A DNA stretch of 64,000 nucleotides from Euglena gracilis (Eukaryota), in assembly GCA_039621445.1 (NCBI GenBank), contig CP154954.1, positions 16,770,589-16,834,588 on the forward strand, written 5' to 3'. Each line of letters opens with the position of its first letter. Position 1 is the stretch's first letter. Both the position numbers and the translations under genes were made by a program. The notes beneath the pieces were generated by a model that ran no database searches, had not been told where the DNA came from, and was given only the letters and a program-made list of their open reading frames with translations. Shown one piece after another: positions 29,401-42,818 of this stretch.

Positions 29401-31687
29401 AAACACTCTCGATGGGCATTAACAGGTACTGTTGACAGGGGGGGGGCAATGGCACGCTGTGTCAACGACACGGTCCTATAATAATGCTTTTCTCACTGCG
29501 GTTTGGTGACCCAACAACCATGGCCTCCACAATTGTACCATTTGACCTCTCATATTGCACCAAATCACCAAACTCAAAGGGGAAAACATTCGAAGCAATG
29601 GCTGGGAAGATGTCACACAATTGCCAAATGCCTTGACTGAATGACCCTAAAAATTTTGGCCAACACGAGAAAAAAATTATGCTCCAGAAAAATGTCATTG
29701 ACACGGGGTGTCAACGAGAACGTTGTGCCTTGGAGAATGGGGGGGGGGCGTAAATCAATTAAAAGGGGGTCAACCCCGTCTCCAACGTCGAAACCGACAG
29801 GCCATGAAAATTTTTGTTCTTTGGCCAGTGAAAGGGTCAGATATCAAACCAAAAAACACCTCATTTTTCTTTGAAAATCAATCAAAATTGCGGATTCTTG
29901 TGAATTCCTTGAACTTTTTCACATGAAAAATACCCAAACATCAAAAAGTGCTCTGTGCTTTAAAGTGAGGGAGAAAAGAGTTTTTGGACTTCCTTGACGT
30001 GTCAGTGCAGGAAGCTTTTTTCGCTATTTTTTGGAACCTTCCAAAGAAGGGTGGGGTTGGGTCCGAACCCTCCCCCACATCGAGGGGGGGGTCCGGACCC
30101 GCCTCCCCTTACCACCTTGACTGCATGCACGTCTCCACAGAGAGTGAACTGCGTGCACGTCCCTTATGTGCAGGCGACAACCCAAATCGCCACCACCTGT
30201 GTCTGGGACCCAAGGAGGCCCCATGGACCCCCCAGGCTGCCATGGGCCTTGCGCTATCGGGGGCCACTTTTCACCTGACCAAACCTAACCTATAACCTTG
30301 ACCCCCAGGGGGGAACTGGTCGGAACCCCCCCCTACAACAGCTTCCAATTGATCCCTGGTTGGGGGGATGCTATTTGGGAAAATTCTTCAACCCCAAAAA
30401 GCCCCCCCCCCAATGAACATCTAACATAACTTCTGAATATTGCACATTTTAACATTTTAACAGATGCCGATGCTGCTTCAAATTTGGGCCCCTCAATCTG
30501 GTGAGTTTTAGGTAATGTCGATGGTTTTCCGCCTTGCTCTGATTTCCCTCTTCGCGGAGGGAGGGCTATTATTGCGGGGGAACATTCTTTGGGGGGGGGA
30601 TTTATATAAGATGGTGGCTGCCCAATTGCGCAGATGCGCATGAGGTGTAGCGAGGGAGATAAAGATGATTGTGCGCGCTATTGGTCCTTGAACTCGATCA
30701 TGAGGTCGCTTGGACTACATATTGAGGGCCGTCGCAAGGGTCCCCGGGCCTGGCTGGGAAACGAGTAAGAGCCATTGGCACTTAATTTTGGAGGATACAA
30801 AAAAAGCAGTTTCCTTGACATGAGGCGGCGCTGTGGTCCTCAATGTGTAACAGGGATTGGCAATTCTAGCAGACAATACCCAATTCATTGGGTGAAAAAA
30901 ATCCTATGAATTAAAAGAACATAGATTAATTGAATAGATTAATAGAATAATTGAATGGAATAGATTAATTGAATGGATAGATTGAAATGGTGATTCAGGA
31001 AATGAGCTTCTTTTGACAATGCCTCGGTTACTCTGCAATTTGTTTGAAAACCCTCTGTGGATTGCCCTCCGTGGTATCACAGTAAATTGTGTATGGCCCA
31101 AGGACCTTCAAAGGAGTAGGGATTGTGCACCATATGGTAGGCTGGCATATTCCTGGGTGACATAGGGGAAGGTAATTTGGGACCCATCAGAGGGGGATCA
31201 GGGGCAGGCAGACCCTCACTGCGGCATCAGTTCCCCATCTTTCAGAGCATCTGCCTGGCCGCCATGTACCTGATGCAACAGGGGTGTGAGAGAAGGGGCC
31301 ACGTCAGTTGCAGCTACAGCAATACTGTGCTCTGCCCGAGGTCCAGTCCCATCCATGCAGTTGCCAATTGGTGCAGATTGGTGCTCGCGCCCACTCATGC
31401 CCAGGCCCAGTCATGTCACAGGTGTTTGGTGGGGTTCTCCCTGGGAGAGGTACAAAGGGTAAACCAGATTGGGGACAAAAATCCAAGACCCTACCCCCCC
31501 CCCGGACAAGAGAAGATTTTTGTCCAAAGGGGTGAGAGTTCAACAAAAAAGGCAGCCAGGAGGGGAGGCGGAAATAAGCAGCGTTGCATGTCCCCACATC
31601 CGACTGCATAAACCAGGGATCGGCGGGCGAGTGGAGCCGATGGGAACGCAACGTAGTCAACCCAGGTGTCCCTGGAGGGGGCCCATT

Positions 31688-32203
31688 CAGGGAATTTCTT
31701 AAGGACCCCCCGGGGGGGGGGGGGTCCAGCCTCCGGCTGGCAAAAAGGCTGCTGGCTGGATTTGAGCTGCTGGCTGGACCCCCCCCCCGGGGGGGGGGGT
31801 GGGGGGGGGGGGGGGGGTTCCGGGGCTGGAGCGGGCTGGGCTGGGCTGGGTCGAGGAAAAACAAAATTTTCTAACACATTTTGGCCATTTTCGACATTTT
31901 GATGGGTGGAGCTAGATCAAGGCTGGGGGGCTGTGATGGAGGGGCTGTGATGAGGGGGAAAAATGCATGGATAAGTGAGCTGGACAGCCCAGTTGGCTGG
32001 CCGGCCTGCGGCCGGCTGGGCCGGCCTTCGGCCGGCTGGCCCGGCCTCCGGCCGGGCTGGACCCGACTTTATTTCACTCGACCCCGGGGGGGGGGGGGGG
32101 GGCTCCCAGCCCGAATTTGGGCTGCTGGCTGGATTTGAGCTGCTGGCTGGCTGGACCCCCCCCCCCGGGGGGTAGGGTACCCTCCGGCTTAAGAAATTCC
32201 CTG
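31688..32203. mobile_element. hAT-type MITE, perfect 16-bp TIR CAGGGAATTTCTTAAG, 8-bp TSD GGCCCATT
   Basis: ggcccatt(31680-31687)|cagggaatttcttaag ... cttaagaaattccctg|ggcccatt(32204-32211). Confidence 0.92.
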
Positions 32204-32211
32204 GGCCCATT

Positions 32212-32482
32212 CAGGGAATTTCTGAATGACCCCCCTCTGGGGGGGTCCAAACGGCTGGCTGGAAACAGCGTTGACTGGAAAAAGGTGCTGGCTGGACCCC
32301 CTCATTACTTTGTTTTACTTCATTACCACTCGACCCCTGGGGGGGGGGGGGTCGAGCAGTGACAGGCTGGGAGATTCTGGCAGGCTGGCCGGCCGGCTGG
32401 CTGACTGGCAGGCTGACCGGCTGGCTAAGCCGGACCCCCCCCCCCCGGGGATAGGGTGGGGTTCAGCTTAAGAAATTCCCTG
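32212..32482. mobile_element. Second MITE with the same TIR type, abutting the previous one across a single TSD
   Basis: ggcccatt|cagggaatttctgaat ... cttaagaaattccctg|cgccattt. Confidence 0.8.
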
Positions 32483-35400
32483 CGCCATTTGCGGTGGGCC
32501 GCTGTCCAGCACCTCAGGGGCTGTTGGCTCTGGGGAGGGGAGGGAGCTGGCAGCCCTGTCCTCCAAAGGTGAGCGCCTGCAGCGAGGCTGCTAACCCCCC
32601 ACGGCACAGAAATGATCCAAGAATGTACGTTGACACAGGGGGGGGTTTGTCTTGTGTCAGACAAGGGGGGGTCCTTAGGGATGGGGAGAGTCGAGAGCTC
32701 TTGGAATTCTAGGGTAAGATTTTCACCACATGGATTCTGGGTTCCCTGGTACCGCGGTGCGGTGAAAAGGAAAAAAAAATAAGAATAAGAATAATCAAAC
32801 TTTGAGAAATCTGAACGGCGGCAAGAATGCTTCCATATTCCATGCTTTCCAGGGGAAAGCAGTTCCCACCACAGAAAAATTTCACAGGGCTTTCTCTGTA
32901 CAATAAACTTTTGCGACTCTTAAACTTTGACTTGTGATGCCCACGCCTTGTCCAACGGCTACTTATGTTCGCCCCCGCCCACTCCCCTTGGGTCAGGTGT
33001 GATCTTTTTGGATACAATGTTGGTTCCATAAATGTGGGAAGGATTGTGAAAATTCATTTTATCTCGAAACTTTGACTTCAGCAAAACAGTGAAATCCACA
33101 ATAAAACAGCTGAAAATGCAAAAGATGGCAGCTGACTCCGACAGACCCCGAAAACTGGTTGCACATGTGCAAAATGGCTGAAATTGACGTAAATTCTCAA
33201 AGGCATTTTTCAAAAGCGGGTTGAAAGGGTTTGGGCGGTTTGGGTTCGAGCGGCTTGAGACTCACCGCTCCTACCCATACCGCTCCTACCGCGGGAGACC
33301 GCGGGCCCCACTGTCAGCAATGTGCTTGGTGCAGCCTCCGTCACCTCCCCTCATGAGGGGGTCGGATACTCTAATCCATGACTGCGGCAGCTTCCTACGA
33401 ATCACCCACTGCCAGGTTCAGCAACTCTAGTGCGGCGACGCGCGGGAATCCTTGCATCTTTACGCGGAAAGGGCTTGGCCACTCTGCTCCAGAGCTGCAA
33501 TGGCCTCCTTCATCGTCCGCCGCGTTCGGCTACTCAAATCCATGCCGTGCACCCCCCCCCCCCCGGCTCCCCGATGTAGGCTGGGGGGGTCCTGTTGGGT
33601 TGACCGACCCAGTCAGTCGACCCAACAATGAGGGGATGGACTGAGTCGGTCGACCCAACAGTCTAATGTATCAAGTCGGTCCTCACGATGCTTGGTTGCC
33701 TGCACAGCAGCAAGGCGGGAGTGAACCTCCCCTGGAATGCTCCGGTCTGTGGCTGAGCCACACTTGCGTGTGAATTCGCTCTTCCAAATCGGTATCTCTT
33801 GTCTGTCATTGTACTCCGTGATGTGGGCGGGGCATGGGGGTGTGAACAACTGCGCCGTGCAATTCTGGGGGAACATGGAATGTGACCTCAGGATCACTGC
33901 AAAATTCTCGCTTCTGAATCGGTGATACTGGGGGAACTCCTCGGGGGGAACTCCTTCCGACAAGCTATGTTGGACTGGCAGCTGGGCGGGCATCGTCAGG
34001 ATCAGGGGCGACAACCCTGCCAACCCTTGTCCCGGACCGAGTGCTGAGTGACTGAGTGACTCGTGCTCTGCTTCACCCTCCTGGGATGGGGGAGGGGATT
34101 GAAAAAGCAGGGGGAGGGTCGGACCCTCCCTGCGTTCAACAAGAAAGTCCAAAGCCGAATTCCCTGTGCTTTTGTGCTCCCCACTGGAGGTCCTGGACAA
34201 ATGTGTAATACCTACTGGCATTCCAATTCCACGTTTAGGGTTAGGGTTTTGGGTTATTGGTGCAGGATTGGGTTAGTGTTCAGGTTAGGAGGGTTGGGGT
34301 TAGGATTCATCCTGTTACGACTAAATTTCGATGAAAATTGGGCCTAATTCAGCTAAATTTAGGGCTTGGCCTTATTTAACGGGGGGGGGGGGGGGGGATT
34401 GGGGCTAGATAAAATTAGAACCGGCAAAATTGGAAGCCGAAAAAATTTGTGCCAAACCTGAAAACGGGCCCGGAAAAAATTGGCAGGATTTTTTATGTGA
34501 AAACGTCCAGTTATGGCAAAAGTTCTTTCATGGCAACCAAAAAATTGGGGGGAAATGGGAAAAAATTGGCAGGATTTTCAAAAAAGGGCCAGAAAAAATT
34601 GGCAGGATTTCTATACGCCAATTTTTTCGCAAACAATTTTTTGGGCCTCCAATTCCCCCCCCCCCCGGTAACTTTAGCCCTCTTCTGAACGACAATTGCA
34701 GCTCTAACCATCGAAAGTCCCGTCAGTTTGCGGAAAATGGAAAGTACCACGCCAAAGTCCTTGGACTAAATCGTTGTGACGGAGTCAGCAGACTGTCTGG
34801 GGCTGGTGTGACCAATCTTTGAGGGATGGCAGCGGATTTAGCCTATTTTGCACAACTGCCGCCAGGTTTTGTTGTTAGACCCCTGGCCACAGCAGGGCTG
34901 AGCAGGACTCCCAGCATTCCTACGGCCTGGAAACTGGGGTGGGACCCCATCCCCAACAAACGCTTTGAGGGGGTGTGGCCGCATGCCTTCCATCTCAGCC
35001 ATTTCGGAATCGTGTCACCCCCATCCGTCAATTAAAAGACAGATGTATACCAGGAACGGCAGCTCAAATTGGGTACCCCAACCATTTACACCGACGTCTT
35101 GCTACGTCACTTTCACTTGAAAGCCTGGGGGGAAGTTAGTTTAAATGGGTCAAAATGCTCGTCTGGGGGGGGGACGAAGCGACCTGCATATGTCCTCTCC
35201 CCTGCAGAGATGTCAGAATCTCTCAGTGATGTTCCATCTGTGCATGTTTCGCCAAAAAGTAGACACTGGGGTGAGCCTGAACGCTCGTCTTGTGTTTTCT
35301 ACGACCTTCTTGCGCTTTGCTGTGCTTTACCTCGGTGCGCACTGGATGCGGGAGAGGGGTTTTTTCAACCCCTTTTTCAACCCCTGGGGGGCAGGGGTGG

Positions 35401-37424
35401 CCTGGGCCGTCTGGCGCTCAGAGGAAGCTGCCGCGGGTTTGCCTCTCTGTTCTGAATGGGCCTAACTGAGGGCACACTTGGGTCGGAAGGAGCTCCCCCC
35501 AGGCTCCTTCCGACCCAAGTGTGAGTGCTTGTGGGGAAGTGTGTTGTCAGTCTGTGTTGCGGCTCCGCCACAAGCTGGCAGGTGGGGTATCATCAGGGTC
35601 GATGACCTTGCGACCGTCGTCGTGTGATACGCGCTCTGCTGCACCCTCCCCCGGGGATGGGGGAGGGGTGGGGCAGAAAAAAATGAGCCCAAAAACAAGG
35701 CAACCCGGGGAGGAAAAATGTCTCCACTGTGTAGGGCTGCGCCCTCCGGGACACCACCCTTTGGGGAAGGCTAACCAAGGCCCTTCCAGTTGCAAAAACT
35801 TTGCAATTCAAGAAAACTCCAGGTGAAAAAATGATTTCTAGCATCCTTGGGGCAATACAGCTGGTCAGTGAAAAAATAGCCACAGGAAGGGGTATATGGT
35901 CATTTTTTGGCTGTTTTTGGCCTTTTTTTTATTTCAACCACTTTGGCAGCTCCTGACTTAAGCTGGGGGTGGGGGGGGGATTGTAGTCAACCAGTTAGAA
36001 AAGCCGAGTCTCTGGCTCGGACCATGTGAACTTCAACTAATGGCGTAAAGTGGAGCCCCCACAATACCCCACAGTACCCCACAGTACCCCACACCCCCCA
36101 CACATCCCCCCGCACCCCCCCCACTGCCCCACACCCCCCACACCCCCCCAGATATTGACAGGCGTCTCTGCACATATGGCATAAAGCGGAGCCCCCACAC
36201 TTATGTGCGGGGTGTGGGGGGGGGGGGGATCGGCCAGGACTCGCAGAAAACCAGAAACAGCCAGCCTCAAGGGCTGATATCGGGGCCTGCCAAAGGTCCC
36301 CAACGGAGGAAAGGACTGAGAGCCGTAGGGGGACTTGGGGAAACGACGAGGGGGAAGAGGACCCCTCTGTTTGGATGGGTCGGGATTGGGTGCAGTGCTG
36401 GGCACGACTGATGCCCTCTGGCAGACTCCGAACCCAACCCCCTGCCAACAAAGAGCCGTCTGTCGTCTCTAACAGGGCTGTGTGGGGGTCCAGGGTCCAG
36501 TCCCTTTGGTTTCATGGAGGGGAAATCCACACCAACGAAACAACGGATGATCATTCCGACGGGCGTTCAGCACTGGTCCGAAACATAAAAAAAAAATATC
36601 GCTGAATTTCTTTTCAAAAAAGCAGTTCAGACAAGCACCTAAACACCGAAGTGTTTAGGTATTTTGGAAGGGGGGGGGGACACTTGCTTCCGCAACCCCT
36701 CACTTTTGGCTGCTGCAGCTGAGCAGAACCACCCCACCTCATGCATTTGTTGCCATCAGGTTCAGCGAGCAACCTTCCCAGCCAGCTGAAGGACCCTCGC
36801 CTTTTGTCTTGAGGGATCCATAACCGGAAGCGTGGACGGTACGAGGACCAGGAACGCCCTGGGATAGGTCAAACTTCTTGCACATTTCGCATTTAAAAAG
36901 TAAACAAACGTCCTAGCCTAAGGTTTGTGGCTGCCCAGAGCTGGGCTTTCTCAGTTTATTCGAGCACATTGCAACTGAAACCTCAAAAAAAAGACACTCC
37001 AAAATAAGCCTCCCCCCGAAAATAGACCCGGTGCAGCTTTTCAGCAAAAAAAAAAACTATCCTCCTCTTGGGATTTTTGAACCGCCCTCTGAAACGGTGA
37101 AAATGCCCCAAAATGGGCATCCATTTTTTTTTGAAATTTTTCTATTTTCACACATTTTGAATGTGTTAAAATTGGCACTTTTTGAGGAAATATTGAAAAA
37201 AAACTTGGAAGATTTTGGCTCGTGGCCCTAAAATGGGCAATTTTGCGTGGCCCAAAATTGCCCATTTTAGGGCTACCTCCCGCGGGATGGCTTTTTTAAC
37301 AGAAATGAAAAAAAATTGGACTCCCAAAAAAAAGCACACACCCCAGGGATTTACAGCAACGGACCCAAAAGGAGACCTGGGTTTCATTTGGGGGTGGGGT
37401 ATTTCCAATTGACTGCACTGGCGC

Positions 37425-37520
37425 AAAGCGATTCAAATGATTCCCACTGACGGCCGCGAGCCCACCCTTGCAATTTTGTATGCCAGCAATGCCCCCTCCC
37501 ACCAGGTGAGTGTGATGAGC
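37425..37520 (-). pseudogene. Exon B paralog (copy 2); frame appears shifted or terminated downstream
   Basis: Acceptor region identical to 118-147. Reads LITLTWWEGALLAYKIARVG, then an indel relative to copy 1. Confidence 0.5.
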
Positions 37521-38667
37521 CTGCAAGACGGAGAGCGGGGGCAGGCCACAGGATAGCATCCCCAACAGTGCGTCCCCACCGGGGGGGGGGGGGGGTCCAG
37601 CTCAAGAGGCTGGAAAGGTGGAAAAGCTTCGTCCAGGCTGCTGGATCAACCCCCTGAATGAGGTCTCCTGGCTGGAACTGGGCCTGACTTGGGGTCCAAC
37701 TGGGCTCCTCAAAAAAAAATTAATAAAAAGCCTGCAAATCAGCAACTATTCAAAAAAATCGATTTTTTGATCCCAAGTTTGAGGTACGCAGTCAATTCTT
37801 GGCCCAGTTTACCCATGTTTTCACCCGCGTGTGCACCCTCAAAGGCAAAATACATTCGGAGGGGCTGGACAAGAATGAAAACTCTTAATGATGGGGCCAA
37901 GGGGAGATCGCGAGCTGGAAAAAGGCTGCTGGCGGGGAAAAGGCTGCTGGTTGGCTGGGGTGGGGTCCCCCTCTGGCTTCATTGACCCCCTGGTGCCAAA
38001 ACCATGCAACAGTTGCTTGCAAGCATCATCACAAACCCGGCATTCCCCCCCCTTATGCGCTCGGTGTGGGGACAAATTTGGGGGGCACCTTCAAATGAAA
38101 GGACCAAAGGCCAGATGCCAGAGGAGAGGGAGAAAACAGAAGGGAAAAAAACATTTCCCATTTTTGTGTGCCTTCCATCACCTACAACTGAATGCATAAT
38201 GAGGACCTTCTGGAAGACTCTAAGGCACAACTTATAACCTCCCCCCCCCCCCACAAATGGCCCTCCTTTTGAGCCGACAAAAAAACGTACAGGTCCTAAA
38301 ACCAACCAAAGGACGACCCGGGCGGAATTTGGGTTGTGGAGAAAATATCCTGGAAATGGGGATCCCAAAACCTTCAAAATGAAACCTTTCCTATTTTTTT
38401 AGAGTTATTTTTGCCCTCCCACTTGGAATGCTCAAATACCCCAACGGATACATAGGGGACAACAATTGTTGTTGGAACAGGAGTGTTTGTTGGCAAATGG
38501 TGTTCATTCAATACAGTGAGGGGACACAAAGGCCACATAGTTCATCAAACCCCACCAGAGAGGACATTTCGGACAAGCCGGAATTCTGCTCAAAGAAATC
38601 GACTGTTTGCTGAGAACTGGTGGGAGGCGGTTGAGATGAAAAGTCATGGTTTGGGGAGTACCATAGT

Positions 38668-38802
38668 CATGTGGCCTGGGTGCAGTTCGGGCAGCTTCGG
38701 AGCCGCGCAGCTGCAGCCACAGGTCGGACTTGCCGGGGAGATGCTGCATGAGGCTGAACGGCGCCGCCATGTGGTTTGGGGGGCACGGAACGCTGGAGAA
38801 CC
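38668..38802 (-). pseudogene. Exon A paralog (copy 2); 1-nt frame discrepancy at a G6 run (pseudogene or homopolymer error)
   Basis: Acceptor ctctcttctaacag|ggttctcc. Encodes MAAPFSLMQHLPGKSDLWLQLRGSEAARTAPRPH. Confidence 0.6.
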
Positions 38803-39951
38803 CTGTTAGAAGAGAGGTGGGATGGGTGGCGGGAAGGCCAGGGATTAGATTGAGACCTCTGGACCTTCGGATGATCAGACGTTGGAGGCGGATCGCCTCC
38901 AACCGGGTGGACCGCCTCATTTTTGATATCAAAAAAGGTATACGATTCAAGCGTGATCAAAGAAACAATTCAACAAAAAAAGACACAACGCACACACTGG
39001 GACACGCATGTGTGCGAAGGCACAACCACTGCCAAATCGCTCGAGGAGCACATTTTGCCTCCCACGATACCCCCCAGAGGCCCATGGGATAACTTTCTCG
39101 GAATGGGCAGGATGTGTCCTAAGACCTCTCACAACTTGTGCTGCATGCGCACGTTTACAACATTTTACAACCCTTTGGGGAAAAGTAGTACTAAAAAGAA
39201 AACCCTCTGAACACGTTCATGAATAGGAGAGAATCTCATTCATAATTATTTGTGGTTGTTTGGGTCATTTGATCATTCGGCGTGACCATTTGGATTTTGA
39301 AAAATTCCCAAAATTGTGCTAATTCATGATTCGAAGGAATCCCCGGTACCTAACGAATGAGCATACACATCTTTCAATTAAGATTTTCCCAACATCTTTC
39401 ATCTTTTTTTCCTGTCTTTCTCCCCATGCTTCCAAATTTGCACTTTTTCATTATTGCGAAACAGACAATTTGGTGTTGGACACCAAAAAAAAAGATGGGA
39501 GCAAGAAAAAACACAGCTGTCCAAACCTTCAAAAATTCAGCTACCAAAAGAAGGTTGGGAAACCGTGGATTTGGGACCAATACTATTGTTAGTTGGGATT
39601 TAAAAGAATGGGCCTTGTGGGGCTGTGCTCCTCCACCAAATCCACTGTTTGCCGTCCACATTAACAAAAGAGACTGAAAGTGATCACCTGAATGGCTTCA
39701 GTTGTTCGCAAAAAAAAAATTGTTGTGCAACAGAATTTTTCCCATTTCAGGCCACGTTAGGCAATTTTAGGCCATTTTAGCTATAAGTGCCTAACTTCCA
39801 CTGCCCCCCACCCCTGAGGAGTGGGCCCGGAACCAAGGTTGCCTGTGTTTTAAATTTGTTAGGTTTGGGGAGGTATTGCAAAAACTGGAGCCTTCACTAG
39901 ACATTTATCCCCACCCCCTTCCACACCCCCCACACCCCCCACACCCCCCAC

Positions 39952-40303
39952 CATACAATTGCTTACCGACCCCCGGGGGGTCACTCCACTTTTTTAAAAA
40001 CCAGTCAGTCACTCATTTTCAAAAAACCAGCCAGTCACTACCCCCCGGGGGGGGGGGGGTCGGCCACTCAGAAAAACGGCCACTTTCCAGTCACTTTAGG
40101 CCATTTTAGGCCCAAAAAAATTTTCCGGCGCCTTCGGCGCCGGGGTCACTCAAGCCACTTTTGCCTACTCCTGGCCGACCCGCCGGGGGGGGGGGGGGGG
40201 GGGGTCGGGGCCAAAAACCAGTCAGTCACTCTGAAAAAAACCAGTCACCCACCCCCCGGGGGGGGGGGGGGGGGGGGTCGGTCAGTGCTTAAGCAATTGC
40301 CTG
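39952..40303. mobile_element. hAT-type MITE, TIR CA..CAATTGCTTA, 8-bp TSD CCCCCCAC
   Basis: ccccccac(39944-39951)|catacaattgctta ... taagcaattgcctg|ccccccac(40304-40311). Hairpin ccggcgccttcggcgccgg at 40125-40143. Confidence 0.88.
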
Positions 40304-40560
40304 CCCCCCACACACACTGGACCACCCCTCATCGATGGCCGTATGTATTGCAAAAACGGAGCCCCAGCGATGCCATAAATAGCTATTTTTCCTTTTGGAG
40401 TTCGCCATTTTTTGATTTTTCGATTTCATTTTTGCTCGGATTTCGAAAAATCTTCCGGTGGCCGCATATATTATTATTATACATATATTATATATAATAA
40501 TATATATAATATATAATATATATTATATTATATTATTATTACGGAGCCCGCACTGCCCGC

Positions 40561-41521
40561 CAAGCACCTATAATTGACCCCCAGATTTTCGGCATTTTCG
40601 GCCATTTTCGGCCATTTTCGGCCATTTTCGGTCATTTTTTTCCTATAGGTGGGGGGTAAAGCTGCCTTAAAATTCCTTCATACCAACAATGCATTTTGAT
40701 CATTCAGTCAACATGAAAGCAGTCGTGACAAGCAAACGCATCCAAGGAGGTCCGTTTGGAATGGGTGCTCAGGGATTAAAGAGGTCAAAGAGTTTTTTGT
40801 TGCAATATGCAAATGCAAGGTTTTGGGAATAGGCTTCTTTTTTCCTGCCAGAGAGACTCTTATCCACTTTGGTCTTTTTTTTTGCTGGGGGTTCTTGGGA
40901 CGCTTCATGAGAGTGGTTGGCACATGACATATTAACCACAATGGTGGATGGCAACACCAAAGATGTTGCTTTTCTCTTCAAGCCCCTAGGCATGGATGCT
41001 TTTCACAAACAACTTCCCCTCACTTATTCCAACTTGATACCCCAAGCAACATTGTTTGATGGTGGCACTGTTAGATCCCATCCACTTGTGTGCAATAAAC
41101 CTAATGCAGGAATCACACCTTCAACGGAGAAAAAAACGTTTCACATACTTTGCCTGGTTGCAGCTTGTCACCACAATTTTCTGAAATGTCGTCAAAACCA
41201 TCGGCTTTGGCCCAAATAACCCTTTCGGACGTGGTTCTTTGAGCAGCATGTGTTGCAGGGCCAGGCATAATTACAAAGAAGAGAGGCTGCACAGAGACAA
41301 GAATCAGTCACACTGAAAATTGCCTAGAAAACTGAAAGGAAAAAAAAACTCGAAAAATTTGCAAAATTTTTTCTCATTTTCGGCCATTTTTGGCCGTTTT
41401 TGGCCATTTTTGGCCATTTTCGGCCATTTTCGGGACCCCCAAGGAAAGAGCACAAAATTTCATTTTCGGCCATTTTCCGCCATTTTCGGCCATTTTTGGC
41501 CATTTTTACTATAAGTGCTTG
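40561..41521. mobile_element. Internally deleted TIR element, TIR CAAGCAC(C/T)TATA, with TTTTCGGCCA subterminal arrays and a ~650-bp coding-like core
   Basis: ctgcccgc|caagcacctata ... tataagtgcttg|ctgacccc (6/8 TSD match). 10-bp GGCCATTTTC arrays at both ends. Confidence 0.75.
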
Positions 41522-41754
41522 CTGACCCCCCTCCACCTCCCCCCCCCCGCACCCTCCCATTATCACTAACCCCCCCACCTCCCTCCCCCCCCCCTTACCA
41601 CCAACACCAGGTTTTGAATAGTGCTGAGCTCTTAATAAGCGCGCACCCACCCCGTCATTGACCCCCCCCCACATAAACCGGCCCACCCCATGGAACTCTT
41701 TTGACTGAGATGCAAGGGTTTTGTGCCTGAAACGGGGCGCTGGGGGGGGGGGTC

Positions 41755-42160
41755 AAAAAACGCTCGTCTTTGGCTCAAAAAACACCTTTTCTGGGTCCGG
41801 GAAGCCAAAAAACATCGTTTTGGGCAAAAAAAGTTTTTCGATTTTTTTCGACTTTTTTTGACCCAAAAATGACCCTAACTGCTTTGGTTTCGGGCCCAAA
41901 ACGGGGTGGTGGCAGGTCCAAAAACGCTCATTTTCGGCTCAAAACCAGTTTTTCAGGGTCCGGGAGGCCAAAAAACATCGTTTTGGGCTAAAAAAATGTT
42001 TCGATTTTTTTCGACTTTTTTGATCCGGTTTTGACCCAAAGTCAATGGGTTGCCGGCCCAAAACAAGGCGCCGGGTCAAAAAACGCTCATTTTTGGCTCA
42101 AAAACAGGCTTTCCGGGTCCGGGAGTCCAAAAAACATCGTTTCGGGCAAAAAAAAATTGG
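41755..42160 (+). repeat. About 2.5 tandem copies of a ~160-bp unit
   Basis: aaaacgctc..ttt.ggctcaaaa...gggtccggga..ccaaaaa.catcgttt.gggc recurs at ~41757, ~41921 and ~42080. Confidence 0.8.
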
Positions 42161-42818
42161 CCGAAAACGGTGTCGAACAGTGGAAAAAGTGTACAAAATG
42201 GCCTAAATTGGCCGAAAAACGGCCGTATCTCGGGCTGAGCGGGGAGTTGCGGGGAAACCAAAATCCCAGCAGATGGGGCGTTCCAAGGGCTTCAAATTAG
42301 GTCTCTGGACATTTCCTTTGATTTTGCTTCATTTTGGAGATATTTTGAAAATTGACATTTTTTTTGGCCGAAATGGCAGAGTCCAAAGGGGAGGGCTTAT
42401 CCAGGGGGGGGGGGCCTCTCTCTGCACTGTTGTCAATCCAGTAGCACCACCAAGCTTTGGCATCATCGCCGCATCGCTTTTTCGACCCCCCCCCAAACCA
42501 TTTCCCGGTGAGAAATTGCAGCTGGACCAAACCGGCAGCAGCTTTTTCCCCAGCCAGGTTGCAGAGCACCCTCCCTCCCACCCTGGAAGTCGACTGAAAT
42601 ATTATCCAACCCGACTGGAATTGCCTGCTTTTGGGTGCCAACTGAGAGCCAGCAGTACCCTTGGACCCCCCCTCTTCTTAGACGGCCAAAGTGAAAAATA
42701 AGGATTTCTCCAAAGAAATCGAAATTGTCCGCGGAACTTGCAGTGTATGAAAGCACGAGCCCGGAACGACATGCGCACGCCACACGGCACGATTGCGCGC
42801 ACTTGCGCACGTAGGGAT

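Larger units (their letters stand above)
31510..32655 (+). repeat. Old dispersed repeat (possible retroelement ORF relic), homologous to 61020-61330 on the minus strand and interrupted by two MITEs
   Basis: Shared DNA blocks ttgcatgtccccacatcc, ggcgggcgagtgg, gcagccctgtcctcc, gcctgcagcg. One frame reads SSVACPHIRLHKPGIGGRVEPMG versus SNLACPHIQWHGAGMGGRVAPTG. Confidence 0.65.

Noticed and set aside
36981-37030. Minus-strand gagtgtcttttttttg and gtctattttcg resembling a euglenid spliced-leader
   Set aside because: Short, mismatched and mostly a T run; chance similarity is likely.
41755-42160. Repeat array as a possible CRISPR
   Set aside because: Units are ~160-bp degenerate tandem copies without unique spacers, there are no cas genes, and the context is eukaryotic.
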